Origin: Paramecium tetraurelia | Taxonomy: Eukaryota | Direction: 5' to 3' | Assembly (NCBI GenBank): GCA_000165425.1 | Contig: CT868670.1 | Location: 124,001-188,000 of the forward strand | DNA length: 64,000 nt | In this document: positions 27,101 through 39,373 of the stretch, piece by piece | Numbering within the stretch: the first letter of the stretch is position 1 | Layout: each line of letters begins with the position of its first letter | The notes under the pieces: generated by a model | Seen by the model: the letters and a program-made list of their open reading frames with translations, nothing else | Database searches by the model: none | What the model was told of the DNA's origin: nothing | Made by a program: the position numbers and the translations under genes

Positions 27101-28010
27101 TCGAATTGTTAGTAAACTATTATTTAAATCACAAAAATAGTTAACCTAAAACAGAGCACAATATTTCTATTAAATTTAATTCATATTACTCACTCTAATA
27201 ATCTGAAGCTAGAAATGAAGAATCCAACACTCTAAGTTATCTCAAGACTAAAACTGTATTTTAGTTTGCTGAAGATTGTTTTCACTACAATCTTCATAAA
27301 CCCTATGAGCAAAATCAATTCATTATTGAAAAGGTAAAGAATAATTTAGCATCATTGCCCATGACTTAGTTCGCTGAATTCAAAAGTGAGGAAGAAGTGC
27401 ATAAATACTTTGAAAAATTAACGTCCTAACCCTCCATTGATCCTAGACATACTCAAGTGATGGCCCAGTATACGAATGTTCAATTAAAGTGGTTAAGATC
27501 AAGAGAAATCATCATAGAAGGATCAAAATACATTGAAGTACCCAATGAGTAGAATTTCATCTATGTTTCCACTTTTCCTAAAATGAATCGTAGAATTTAC
27601 TATGTAAAATTGTTCAATCCAGGATATTACTTTTTTGCAATGGAAGTAGCTTACAACTAAATTGATGCCATTCGAAATGACTATGTCAGATTTACCGATA
27701 GAATCAACTAAGTAATCCATCTTGTTTATATACATAGGAATTCTATAATAAATAGCCATAAACCTCGTCTGATCTCTACATACCTTAATTCTAAACGTGT
27801 CTAACAATAAGTGAACCAAATCCCAATTGGTCATTTGTTAATTTCTCTTTGATCTACAATCACACAATCACTCAAAACATCATTAAAGATTTAGGTAATC
27901 GAACTATACGAATGCAAATGCCTATCTTAGCAGGGATCATCTAAGAAGACATAAGCTTGAGATATGAGAAACCAATAGTGGCATTTGTTGCCTCTGAATA
28001 TATTGATTGA
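24188..28010 (+). CDS. Large hypothetical protein (~1200 aa) with an internally duplicated module
   Basis: Long code-6 ORF with several tiny introns; N-terminal LRKITLNLIE...WIYQGENYVMKIKDD; two related modules ending FPFIVGIVQ...KPIFSMLV and MPILAGIIQ...KPIVAFV. Confidence 0.7.
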
Positions 28011-28068
28011 TAATCATTATTATAAATTTATTATTTTCTTTAATTATCATAAATTCTGCTATTTTATA

Positions 28069-29518
28069 ATGTACGTTGCACGCTAATTATAAATTCAAAT
28101 TAAAATTTTTATGAACTACAGATCAAAGAATCACTTTTCATCTCTGAATGACCTTTTCTCTGAATTTAATTCCACCAAAAAGTTGAATGAAAATACTCCT
28201 TAACAAAAAGAGCAGTAAATCGATTCTTCCCCCATCCCTAAAAAAATGGCTCGTCTTAAAAAATAAGAAATCAATTACCATAGTTTAGTTGATCTTAATT
28301 AAATTAACAAAGGTATTGATGTAGTCTTGCCCAATTATGAACCAACTAAATGTTCTTAAAATAATAATGGCCTAATCAAAGCATATGCTGCAAATACTAA
28401 TTAGGGAATCATAAGAACCTATAATGAAGATAGAGTATCCATAATACTCAACATCATCAAACCATAACATAGAGCATATGAAACTTGGCCCAAATGTGCC
28501 TTTTTTGGTGTCTATGATGGTCATGGTGGTTCTGCCTGCGCTGATTTTCTAAGAGACAACTTGCATTAATATGTAACTAGACAAAGTGAATTCCCTTGGA
28601 ATCCAGTTGCAGCCATTAAAAAAGGCTTCGAAATGGCTGAAAAGGATTTCCTTTCCTAAGCCATAGAATCTTATAGTAAAGGAATGCAAGAGAGGAGTGG
28701 CTCTTGTGCCTTAATTACTCTGGTTGTTGGAGATTACTGTTATGTGGCTAATGTTGGAGATTGTAGAGCAATATTAAGTTTAGAAAAAGGAAAAAAGATC
28801 ATGGAGTTATCTGTCGATCATAAACCGGAAATAGAATATGAGCGTATTAAGAGAAATGGAGGTAAAATATATTAAACACATCTCATAAATGAAAATGGAA
28901 CTCAAATCATAGGACCTTACAGAGTGTTCCCTGGAAGATTGTCAGTTTCCAGAGCATTTGGTGATATAGAGGCTAAATTAGAATAATTTGGAGGTAACCA
29001 AAAAGTAGTCATTGCTCAACCAGACATTCAAATATTTCGTATTACTTAAGATAGTGACTTTATTGTAATTGGATGTATAATAATAATGTATTTTAGGTGA
29101 TGGAATTTTTGATAAGATGAAATCTGAAGAAGTAATCAAGAAGATTTGGACAGAACTTGAATCACAAAGGAACACCAACAATTTGCATGGACAAATTTCA
29201 GCAGCTGTGGATTCTGTTCTTAAAGAAGTTGTACTTCGAAAGAGTAGTGATAATATTACATTACTTATTGTTGCTTTCAATGAATTAGTTAAGTGTTAAT
29301 AAACATCCTAATCAAAAATCAATTCAATCTCTACTTAAATTGAATTGTTATAGGCATTTTTAAAGAATAAAATTAATGATGAGAATTAACCAGAACTTAA
29401 TTAGAAAAAGCAAAGTCCCATTACATAGTTCTTTAATTAGCCTGAAAGAAAGCATTTTTCATAAAAAGAAAATTATGATGCAATGTTTAATAAAATAAGA
29501 TCAAGCAATAACTTTTGA
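28069..29518 (+). CDS. Protein phosphatase 2C
   Basis: NQGIIRTYNEDR, FFGVYDGHGG, YVANVGDCRA, LSVDHKPE, GRLSVSRAFGD, IGCDGIFD, SSDNIT; alternative in-frame start 28111. Confidence 0.93.
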
Positions 29519-30399
29519 TTTATGTTAACTATGTATTCGTAATTAATTAATAATTAATTCTAAATATCATTGAAATAAATTTATATTTATATTCTTTATT
29601 ATAATTAAGTATTTAAATTAATTCCATTTGATTTTTTTATCATTAAACTTAGATATCTTATGTTGTCTTTATTATTTGTTAATTTCAATTTCGATACTCT
29701 TAATAAAAATCATTCAACTTAACTATTATCATTTTGATAGGAATATATATTTAACCAAAATATCAGATAATTATGTTATTACATGGGATAATTCTTTTCT
29801 CATTAATTGATTATTATTAATAACAATTATGTGTATATATCAGATAATTAAGGATAATTTTCATTATAGACTTCAAGATAAAATTTTACCATTCTAGAAT
29901 TTCATCTAAATATTTCTAAAAAATTCAATATTAATAGTGGTGAATTATAGTATATTTAATTAGCTTTTATCAAAAATCGACTTATCTTAAAATTCTGTAT
30001 AGTCTATTTAATTCGTTAGAATAATTTTTATTTTGAATCGAATTTATTCTTATACGATTAAATACTTTTCTTAATTACTAAGGTATCTCCTTTAAAAGCA
30101 TGAATTCTTAATATTGATGTTCAAAGATTAAATTTGAAAATACTGGATTCCTAATTGATGGTTGCTACATTCATTCTCATGTTTTGAGTTGTTATTTTAT
30201 AGAGCATTTATTATTTCAGAGTAAATTTAAATATAACTAATAGAGAGTCAGTTGTTAGGAGTTTATTTTAAAAAATGGAAGTAAACAAAGGAATAAAGAT
30301 ATGGAAGATCACTATTACACAATATCATTAAATCTGATATATAAATATCATTGATGACATCTATTTTTGCTTATATTTAAATTATTGATTTTTAAAATA

Positions 30400-32060
30400 A
30401 TGATCTCGTCATGTCAAAGTTTCTTCAGATCCAGCAAAGTAATCTATAGTTTTGCTGTTGCCAACCAAACAAGATATGTAATGACTCAAATTTATAATTA
30501 GAGTTCTCCTTAACTCCAATATTTTTAGAGTTTAAGAATTCACAAAGAAAAATCTATACCTTCAATTTTAAATAATTTATTGATTAATCAGATGTTGTAA
30601 TTTGATTGGGTTGTAGATTAAGGTCCTAAACTTGTTGATATACTTTATTCTATATGTGGTACAAGAATAACCAATTTTCTAATAAATAACACTATAGGAA
30701 AGGTGTTCACAGCAGGAGAGAACCTTGAGAGTGTTGAAAGATACCTATCTTAATCTGATTCAAGTAATATTCGTGAAATTACATTTTTCAGATATTTCCT
30801 ATATTATGGATTACTGTTCTGAAGCACTTGAGGGGTTAGAGGATTAGGAGAAATTTTATGATGAGAATAGTTCTATATTCAGATAAACTATTTTGGAGTG
30901 TGCAAAGAACCCAGAGAAGAAAAACATGATTGCAATAAAAGTTTCGAGTTTAATTGACCTGAATTTACTGAAGAAAATCAACCAAGCAAGATTAAACATT
31001 TTTGAAATGTTCTGTAAAATTAGTTAAGGAAAATAAACGATCACTATCTAATAGGTTCTCAATATATTGAGTATTTTAGGTCTTTTAGTATCTGAAAAAG
31101 GAAGGAATAAATTTGAATGAAAATGAATAAAAATAATTTATTATTGGAGTATTAAAATATAGTTAGAATGAAATGGAAATTGATGAAATTACATGGAGAT
31201 ATAGAGTGCAACCTTTATTCATGTTTGAAACAGATTTAAATAATAATCCAGCTATTAAATACTTTAATAATCTAAATTAAGAGGACATCGTTTTATTTGA
31301 ATAATTCATCGAGAGGGTCAAATACTTCATGGATCCAGCTTTGAAAAATAAAGTTTGTGTAATGGTTGATGCTGAATAAACTTATTTATAATGGGCGATA
31401 GATTGTTTTAGTGAATAGATGGAAGCATTTTATAATTAAAATTATACATTAGTCTACAACACATTCTAAAATTACTTAAAGTAAACAAAATAGAGGATGG
31501 ATTATGAAATTGAAAAAGCTGAGAAATTTAAATTGAACATTGGGATTAAAATGGTTAGAGGTGCCTATATGGTCGAAGAATCTAAATTGGCTAAGCAATA
31601 GAATAAAGAAAATCCAATTAATGATGGATATTAAGGCACTACTACTATGATAGAGAGAAACTTAGAAATGTTAATCAAAAACATTCATAAATCACCTACT
31701 AAAGTCTTTGTTGCTAGTCATAATGAATAAACAATAGATTTTGTAAAGGAAATAATGAATAGATATTCTATTCCTAATTAAGGAGGTATCTATTATTATT
31801 AACCATTATCATAGATGTGCTATTTGCTTAATTATATGGATTGTCTGATCATGTCACTTATTAATTAGCTAATGAAGTATGAATTTATATAAATAATTTA
31901 GGGATATAAAATATATAAATATGTACCTTTTGGAAAATCTGAGATAATGATTCCTTACTTATTGAGAAGAGCCTAAGAAACTAAGAAGGTACTATAGTCT
32001 AGTTCTTTGCAAACACTCTTGTTAATTGATGAATTAAAATATAGATTATATTTTAAATGA
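30400..32060 (+). CDS. PRODH: Proline dehydrogenase (mitochondrial)
   Basis: VMVDAEQTY, YNTFQNYLK, GIKMVRGAYM, VASHNE, FAQLYGLSD, YKYVPFG, PYLLRRAQE; S/R-rich N-terminus. Confidence 0.93.
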
Positions 32061-32113
32061 TTATGATAAATTTATTGTAAATAATGATTTTTTTGGATGT
32101 ATATGCAAATATA

Positions 32114-32398
32114 TCAGATAATATCATCATGATAATTTCTATATCTGGTTAATCTGACTGAGTTTTCTGCATAAGCAAATTGATGTGTATTGTATGTTGC
32201 TAATAATGATTATATTCAATTGAATTTACTTAAAAATGGAATAAGACTTGATGCTGCAAATATTGTTCTGGCAGTAAAGTTGTAAATATGTTACACTGTT
32301 TAGAAGCTTTGTAATCCAAATACAAAATTCCATGGCCATGTGACCAATTTTCTAACTTGATTTCTTTGATCCACAAAATCTAATGTTCTTTCAGACAT
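32114..32398 (-). CDS. Small (84 aa) hypothetical protein
   Basis: MSERTLDFVDQRNQVRKLVTWPWNFVFG...YHDDII*; one 30-nt intron (32200-32229) gives 85 codons. Confidence 0.7.
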
Positions 32399-32454
32399 TA
32401 TTAATAAATATATATTAGATATATATATATAATCTGCAATTTATTATCTCAATA

Positions 32455-33502
32455 ATGGGTACTTGTTCTTTTGATCCCAAAGCAGATGAGAACTAAGAAA
32501 TATCTAGTCAAGATATCAATTTACAATTATCATCAAATGGTAAGGTACATCAAGCTCAAAAACAGAAAATTTAGGATGAACATTAAGCTGCTCTTAAAAT
32601 TTAAAATAGTTTTAGAGTTAAATAAGCTAAACAAGAGGCTGAAGAGAGAAGAAATGAATTATTATCAGACTAACCAAAAGATTGGGTTTAATATATTGAA
32701 AAATTTATAATTCCAGAATTGCCCTAATAATTTAAGGAACAAGTCAAGAAATCTATAACAAAGCAAGATAGACTACTGAATCCAATGGTAGGATCGGATG
32801 ATAGCATTTATTGGGGTTAATGGAGTAAAGGACAATAAAATGGGTATGGATAAATGATAAAACCAGATGGAACTTACCTTGAGGGCATTTGGAATTTTGG
32901 TTAATTTTAAAATGGGGGTATTCTATTTCCAAATGGGGATTATTTTGTATGTAATTTTAACTTAATTCTTATTGGTACAAAAACTAAAGGAGAAAGAGTA
33001 TATAAAAATGGTATTATATATACAGGTGAAGTTTAATTTGGAATACCTCATGGAAAAGGAAAGGAAAAACAATCAGATAAAATTATTTATGATGGCAATT
33101 ATTTGAATGGCGAAAGGCACGGATAGGGATTGTTACATCATCAAGATGGATCAACATATGAAGGAGAACATTAGAATGGATTAATGAAAGGAAAAGGTAC
33201 ATTCAGATATTCAGATGGTACTTATTATTCAGGATAGTTGCTAAATGGAGTAATGCATGGTAAAGGAATTCTCATTGACACTGATGGAACTATATACGAG
33301 GGTAAATTGAAATTATATCTTTAAAGGTGAATTTGAAAATGGCCAAAAAGAAGGAAAAGGTATAATGAAATTCCAGGATAAATCTCAATTTGAAGGATAA
33401 TTCCATTAGAACCTGAGACATGGCAAAGGTAAATTAATAAAAAGAGATGGGCAAGTGTAAGATTGCGAATTTAAAAATGGAGTATAAATAGCCCCATAAT
33501 GA
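32455..33502 (+). CDS. MORN-repeat protein with N-terminal acylation motif
   Basis: MGTCS start; repeated YxGxWxxGxxxGxG units (YWGQWSKGQQNGYG, YTGEVQFGIPHGKG, YEGEFENGQKEGKG). Confidence 0.9.
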
Positions 33503-34706
33503 TAAGAATATAACAGTTAAAAAGTATCTCGTTAATATTTTGAATTTCATCCCAAACATCTAAATATTCAACATTTTCTTATGATTACTACTTAAATGAG
33601 TAAGTTTCTAAAGTTTTCCTACTATATCTATATTTTTGCAATTTTCCTATTTTATCCTGTGAAAGTCTATTAGAAACTTACCTAAGATTGTATAACAATA
33701 ATTGAATTTATTTGTTTGGACCAGTCAACCAAATTATATATGCTAAAAATAATATCATATTACAAATATGAATTATTTTGTATTAATATATTCAATAGAA
33801 ATAGTTTATTTGAAGGGTAAGGTTAAATCTCTCTCTGTTTTTGACAGAGATGAATTAAATTGAGCTATCATTACAAATAATATGACAAAAGAATAATTAT
33901 TTTCATTTTAATTCATTTTTCTTCAATATTATTTCTTTAGTTTAAATGTATTATAGATATTAATCTCTCTTAAATTAATAGAGGTTGCCACTTCATTATG
34001 TTCAATTAATTTAATTAATATACATTTGAATTCAATACAAATAATGTTATTTACATTCTATTTTCTATTTTTCATTCAATTTTTAGTGTTAATCAATGTT
34101 AAAATATTTAAGAATTTTAGAATATCAATTGATTTAGATATTCTTGAATTTCTTTGAATCAAAAAAACCAAAGAATAATAATTCTTGCTTAATTTATTTA
34201 CCTTTTTAGAGAGGATGCGACAAAATCTGATAGGTTTGATTATGTTTAAGGATTTATAATTATTTTATAGTTAGATATTCATAGCATAATAAATATTGGG
34301 ATTCAATAAAAAGTATTAATAAATTATAAAACCAATTATAAAATATCATTCTAAAAGATGGAGCATTTGTATTAATCAAATATATCTTATTTTCTTGCTT
34401 TCTTCTCTATAAGTTTTGATTCTATTAGAAATATATCGTTGTAGAAATAACAAATAATTATAAAAATGAATTTTAAAAGAATGTAGAATTTTTCAATCAT
34501 AGTATTTATAATTGAAGATACGAACAATGGCGTATTAATTTTATTATAGAATGAATGTACATTATGAAATATTAAACATTAAGAATAGATATTTATTCTT
34601 TCTATTCAAAGCTTAAGATAAGTCCCAACATATTTTTTGATATCCTCACAAACATGAAAAGAATTGATTGAAATCTCTTATAGTTTACTTTATATTTTAA
34701 ATTATT

Positions 34707-36250
34707 ATGTCTAAAAATTATTACTGTTCAGGCAAGGAGCTTTTCAGCTATGTTTGTTCGCTAACAAGTAATACATATCATATACCTACTAATTGTGGAC
34801 CATTTTCATAATGTAAATAACTTTTCTAAAGCGGTGCATTGACTGCTGAATATGGATGTTGCAGATAAGGATATCTTTCTGCAAATGCTGCTCAAATAAT
34901 TGTATATATAGTCATCCTTCCAATTGTTGGTATAGGAGCATTGGGAGCTCTAGGAGGTTATAATATGAATATTGTTAGCTGGTGTAGTGAAAAGACCTTT
35001 TCTAGAAGCTACACTAAATTTTGATTCAGAATCTGCGGGAAATATGACCATGTGTTTGCAGTTTGCAAGTCAATTGGCCAACATTATCATCATATTTTTT
35101 CAACGGTAACAATAAGCAATAGAGTAGCCATCCCGAGGATCCTGAAAGACCTATAATAAATTATGAGATAGCATTAATTTATTGTTTAGCAATTCCTCTC
35201 AGTTAATCTTTGGGAACAGAATTTGCAAATTATTTACCATTAGGTTCATTACTTTGGATTCAAAACATATTTTTTGTAGCTGTATGTCCCATTTTGTTTT
35301 TGTTTGCAACCAAAGAGTTAACTTTATAGACCCAGAAGGAATAAGACAACGATATACTACTTAAATCAGCCCTTGTTCCTTTAGAGGGATTGAAAGATCA
35401 ACAATAATTATAATAACAAGAAGCCGTTCTATATAAGCAATTTTATAACGACTAATGTAACAAATTCCCTATGTTTCCAATCGTAGTTACAGTGGGCACC
35501 TTTGCTATTAATGAGGTAATATACGTATTTATCATATTAGGCAATAATCTTAAGTAGGACAACACCAGGGTTAACATCCCCTTATTACACTAATGAAACA
35601 AAAAAGGAACGAACCATATGTGCGGCTTGGAATTTCTATATGTTACTACTATTATTTGCAGTGAATACTATAATAACTCTGGTCGTATATTATATCAAAA
35701 GAAAGGAAGAATACACAAAAGATGCAGTCAAATTTTTTAATTGTGAAAGATTTTACACTCCTGGAACAAGATTCTGGAAGATCTATGCAGCTGGTTGGGT
35801 CACAGGAATAGTGGCTGGATTCTTTGGAATGGCTGCAGGTTTAATCATGGTTACAACAATGTCTGAATTTGGATTGATATCAGCTGTAGCTGGTGGAACA
35901 GCCAATTTTTGTTATTTCATAATTTGTTGTCAACTCTTCGCCACTGTTTTATCCAATTAAATTGAGGAGAATAATTTTGGTGTTGGAGATTAATTTTTTT
36001 TCTATGGATTAGGAGTACCTATATTTATAATTATTTCTAGATTATAAGTGTTCTAATATTCACAAATATAGGGTATTATTATTTGAAGAAGTACAATATC
36101 GGACATGCTTTATTCTATATAGACTTTGCATTGGTTCTATTGAACATTGCAGGCAATCTTGCATGGGGAATAGAAACTTCAGATAGACGTGGTTATTAGT
36201 ACTTGATGTATCCTCCTTCAAGTTGTAATGTTACCAAAGTTGATATTTGA
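34707..36250 (+). CDS. TauE/SafE-family membrane protein, copy B (intact)
   Basis: GIGALGALGAGVVKRPFL, HPEDPERPIINYE, GWVTGIVAGFFGMAAG; four tiny introns. Confidence 0.8.
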
Positions 36251-36596
36251 TGAAATATCACCAGATTTGATAAATAATAAAATTATTGTAGAATTCTTAT
36301 AATCCACCATAATTTTTGATGTCTCAGTGTTATTTTATAGCTAATTTGTAATTATATTTATTCTTTTTCAAATTATTGGTTAAACCAAATTATCATTCAG
36401 TTCCACATCTTTATTAATATCACTAACAATAATTAGTAAATTTTATTCAAATTAGAATATGTTTTTTCTTTAACTACTTGTTACTAATGATATTTGTATG
36501 TTAATTTTTATTACATAATTGCAAGATTAATTTACATTTGAATCATCTCACTAATTTTTGCTTAAATTTTGATTCATATTTAATATTATAATAAAT

Positions 36597-37888
36597 TCAA
36601 AATATTGAGCATTCAACTCCTATTTGATTTGGATCGTCCTCTTCATTTTCTTCCTATTTAGCTAAATGTTTTTCAAATTCTCCCAATTGAAATTCCTCCA
36701 ATTTATAAGTATTTCCATTTTTCATTGTACTATTAGGTCCTGGCAATATCTTAAAGTAAATAGCATTATTACCTCGACTATTTGATTTTTTATGTTTTAA
36801 TTTAACTATGTAGGGAATTCTATATTAAACTAAATATGTAAATCTCCAAAATGAAGTTCATCCTTAAAAGTTGGTAATCCTTTCTCCTTTACTGTCATTA
36901 TTGAGTTCGGCTTTATGATCTAATTTGTTGTCACATTTATTATTTTATCATCCAAGGTTTCTAATTCTAAATTTAACCCTGTCAGAGATTCCTTAAGTGA
37001 GATTGTTTTCTAATAGAATAGATCTGTTCCCTTTCTTATATACTATGGATGTTGCTCAATTTGCAAATAAACATAAACATCTCCATTCTCATATCCAGGC
37101 TAATTAAATATTTAAGGATTTCCTTACTTTCTAGTTTCCTTTGCCATATAATTTAACACAATATTCGTCTGGAACACCTTTCTCTATAGGAATTTCAATT
37201 TCTACTTCTCCATCTATTCTTCCTGCCCCTTTACATTATTTACATTCATTTTCTTTTAAAAAGATCTACCCTTTTCTTAGGTAATAGAATAAATAATTTA
37301 CCCTTTGCAATCTGGACAAGGAGCTTATTATACTACATTCAATCCAGGTTAAACTTAGACAAGCATTTATACAATTTTTTATCCTTTGCATGATTTGCAA
37401 TTGCTAGGTTATTATCCTCCTTAACCTTGACAACTTTCACATGTTCTCTAGACGTTAGTTAATGTTTTTTTATGATATGCCCCTTGATAAACATCCTTCA
37501 ATGTAATCTTATGCTCTAGTTTAAAAGGATCGCATTTTTTAAATTATTAATTCTTGACATTCAATTTTCTTAACAATCCCTGTTTTCCCTATTTATCATA
37601 AATCTTTTTTTTTTCAGGGTCAGAAAGGACCTCATTTGCCTTTTAGATTAATTAGAATTTTTGCTAGTTACCTCCAGGTCTATCTGGATGGTATTTCTTG
37701 GCTAAAGTCTTATAAGCCTATTTAACAGTAGCTATATCTGATTAAGGGGGAATTTCTAATATTTCATAGAGTTCTTTATTATCTACATCTTCTTACTAAG
37801 GAAATTGCTCATAAAAATCTTAATCCATTTCTTCGTCCATGAATTGAGGAAAAGCTCCAAAAGGGCCAGAAAATGGAAATCCAAACAT
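36597..37888 (-). CDS. Type I DnaJ/Hsp40 (DNAJA-like)
   Basis: J domain KKYHPDRPGG; CxxCxGxG-type zinc motifs (CESCQGQG, CKSCKG, CPDCKG, CKQCKGAG); C-terminal CaaX CSIF. Confidence 0.93.
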
Positions 37889-38023
37889 TATTTTGAAATT
37901 AAATTTATTTATAAATTTTTGTATCAATCATTATAAAATGAATGAAAAATAATGTATTTCTAAATTTACCCTGAAAGATTTAATCCAATTCAATAAAAGA
38001 ACTGCAAATAAATAATGTATCAT

Positions 38024-39212
38024 TCAATATTAAGCTACCCGTAATTTTGAATCTCTGATCTAACTTTACTAGGTTGACAATTTGCTCTTCAAGAATTCAT
38101 TGTCTGATTTGTGAACCCTATAGCTCTCCAATTCATGTCTCATATCAATTAACTAATTATTTAATGAAACTAAATGCAAACCTATTTATTTAATCTTTTT
38201 ATTTCACTTTCCAACACCTATATTTTTTCTTCCTGCTCATCCAGATCCCCCAAGTTTTCGTTTTTCTCATTTTACATTAATTATTCTTAGTAGTACTTAA
38301 TTTCCTATTTGGCCTACTCCAATTCTTCCTATAATTGTTGGTGGTCATTCGTAGATAATCCTTATTGCAACTAAGGATAAAAAATATTCTTACTTTATTT
38401 TTCAATGCAGCAATTTCATTCTCCTTTTATTCAAGTTATGATTTCAATTTTGAGCCTTCTTTTATTAATTGATTATTTTATAACTCTAATTTGTATAACT
38501 TAGATTTCAGATTACTTGATAGATAATTTCTTACCTAATTTCTTAAGTGTTGGAATCTGCAATGTTTTTTCTGCTTCTCCATTCTAAAACCTCTTGATCT
38601 CTTAATTAAAGCAAACTCTTAGTTTATTCAAGTTCTGAAATTTTCTCTTTGCCAAATATATTCATTTATTGTAATTTGTCTGTCAATACCCCAAGAACAG
38701 TTTCATTTTCTTTTTTCAAATCTTAGAGTTCTTTATTATGTTATTCTTTCAACCTGTCAATCAATTCATTTAGAAGTACGATTTCCTAATCCTTATTCTT
38801 CACTGTTTCTTATAATATTTAATTTTCTGTATAAACTTCTTGTAATTTGTTATTAGTATCCTATTATAGAGTATTCATATCATTTTATAATTGAATTTCC
38901 TATTGAGTTGACTTTTGGAGATCTTAAGCTAACTTATCATATCTTTTCAACAACTCATCCAAGAAAACCTAAAGTTAAGGGACACTCAACTCAGCCTTAT
39001 TAACAGGCTCTTTTTAGGGAGTCCCAGATTGATCATTGGGAATGAAGCGAATTATTTCGGTGATAGGAATAATGCGTTTTGGTGATGAAAATTGGGTTGG
39101 ACTCAATTAAGTTCTTAAAGCTGGGGAAGGCTATGGAAGTAGAGGATGAATAGGTTACAATTTTAATCTAAAGGGCTTTTGGTGTTCTTTAAAGAGGATG
39201 CTAATAATTCAT
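38024..39212 (-). CDS. Coiled-coil hypothetical protein
   Basis: Code-6 ORF with short introns; Q/E/K/L heptad-rich. Confidence 0.65.
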
Positions 39213-39373
39213 TTTATTGAATAATTAAATTAAGTCAATCAATCAAAAAGATCTTTCTATAATTTACATGTTTAAACTATTATCATAACAATACCATAAT
39301 AACATTGAAATTATATACTATATTAACAGCAATTTTTAATTTAACAGATTAATCAAACTTTATTCAAAAAAGG

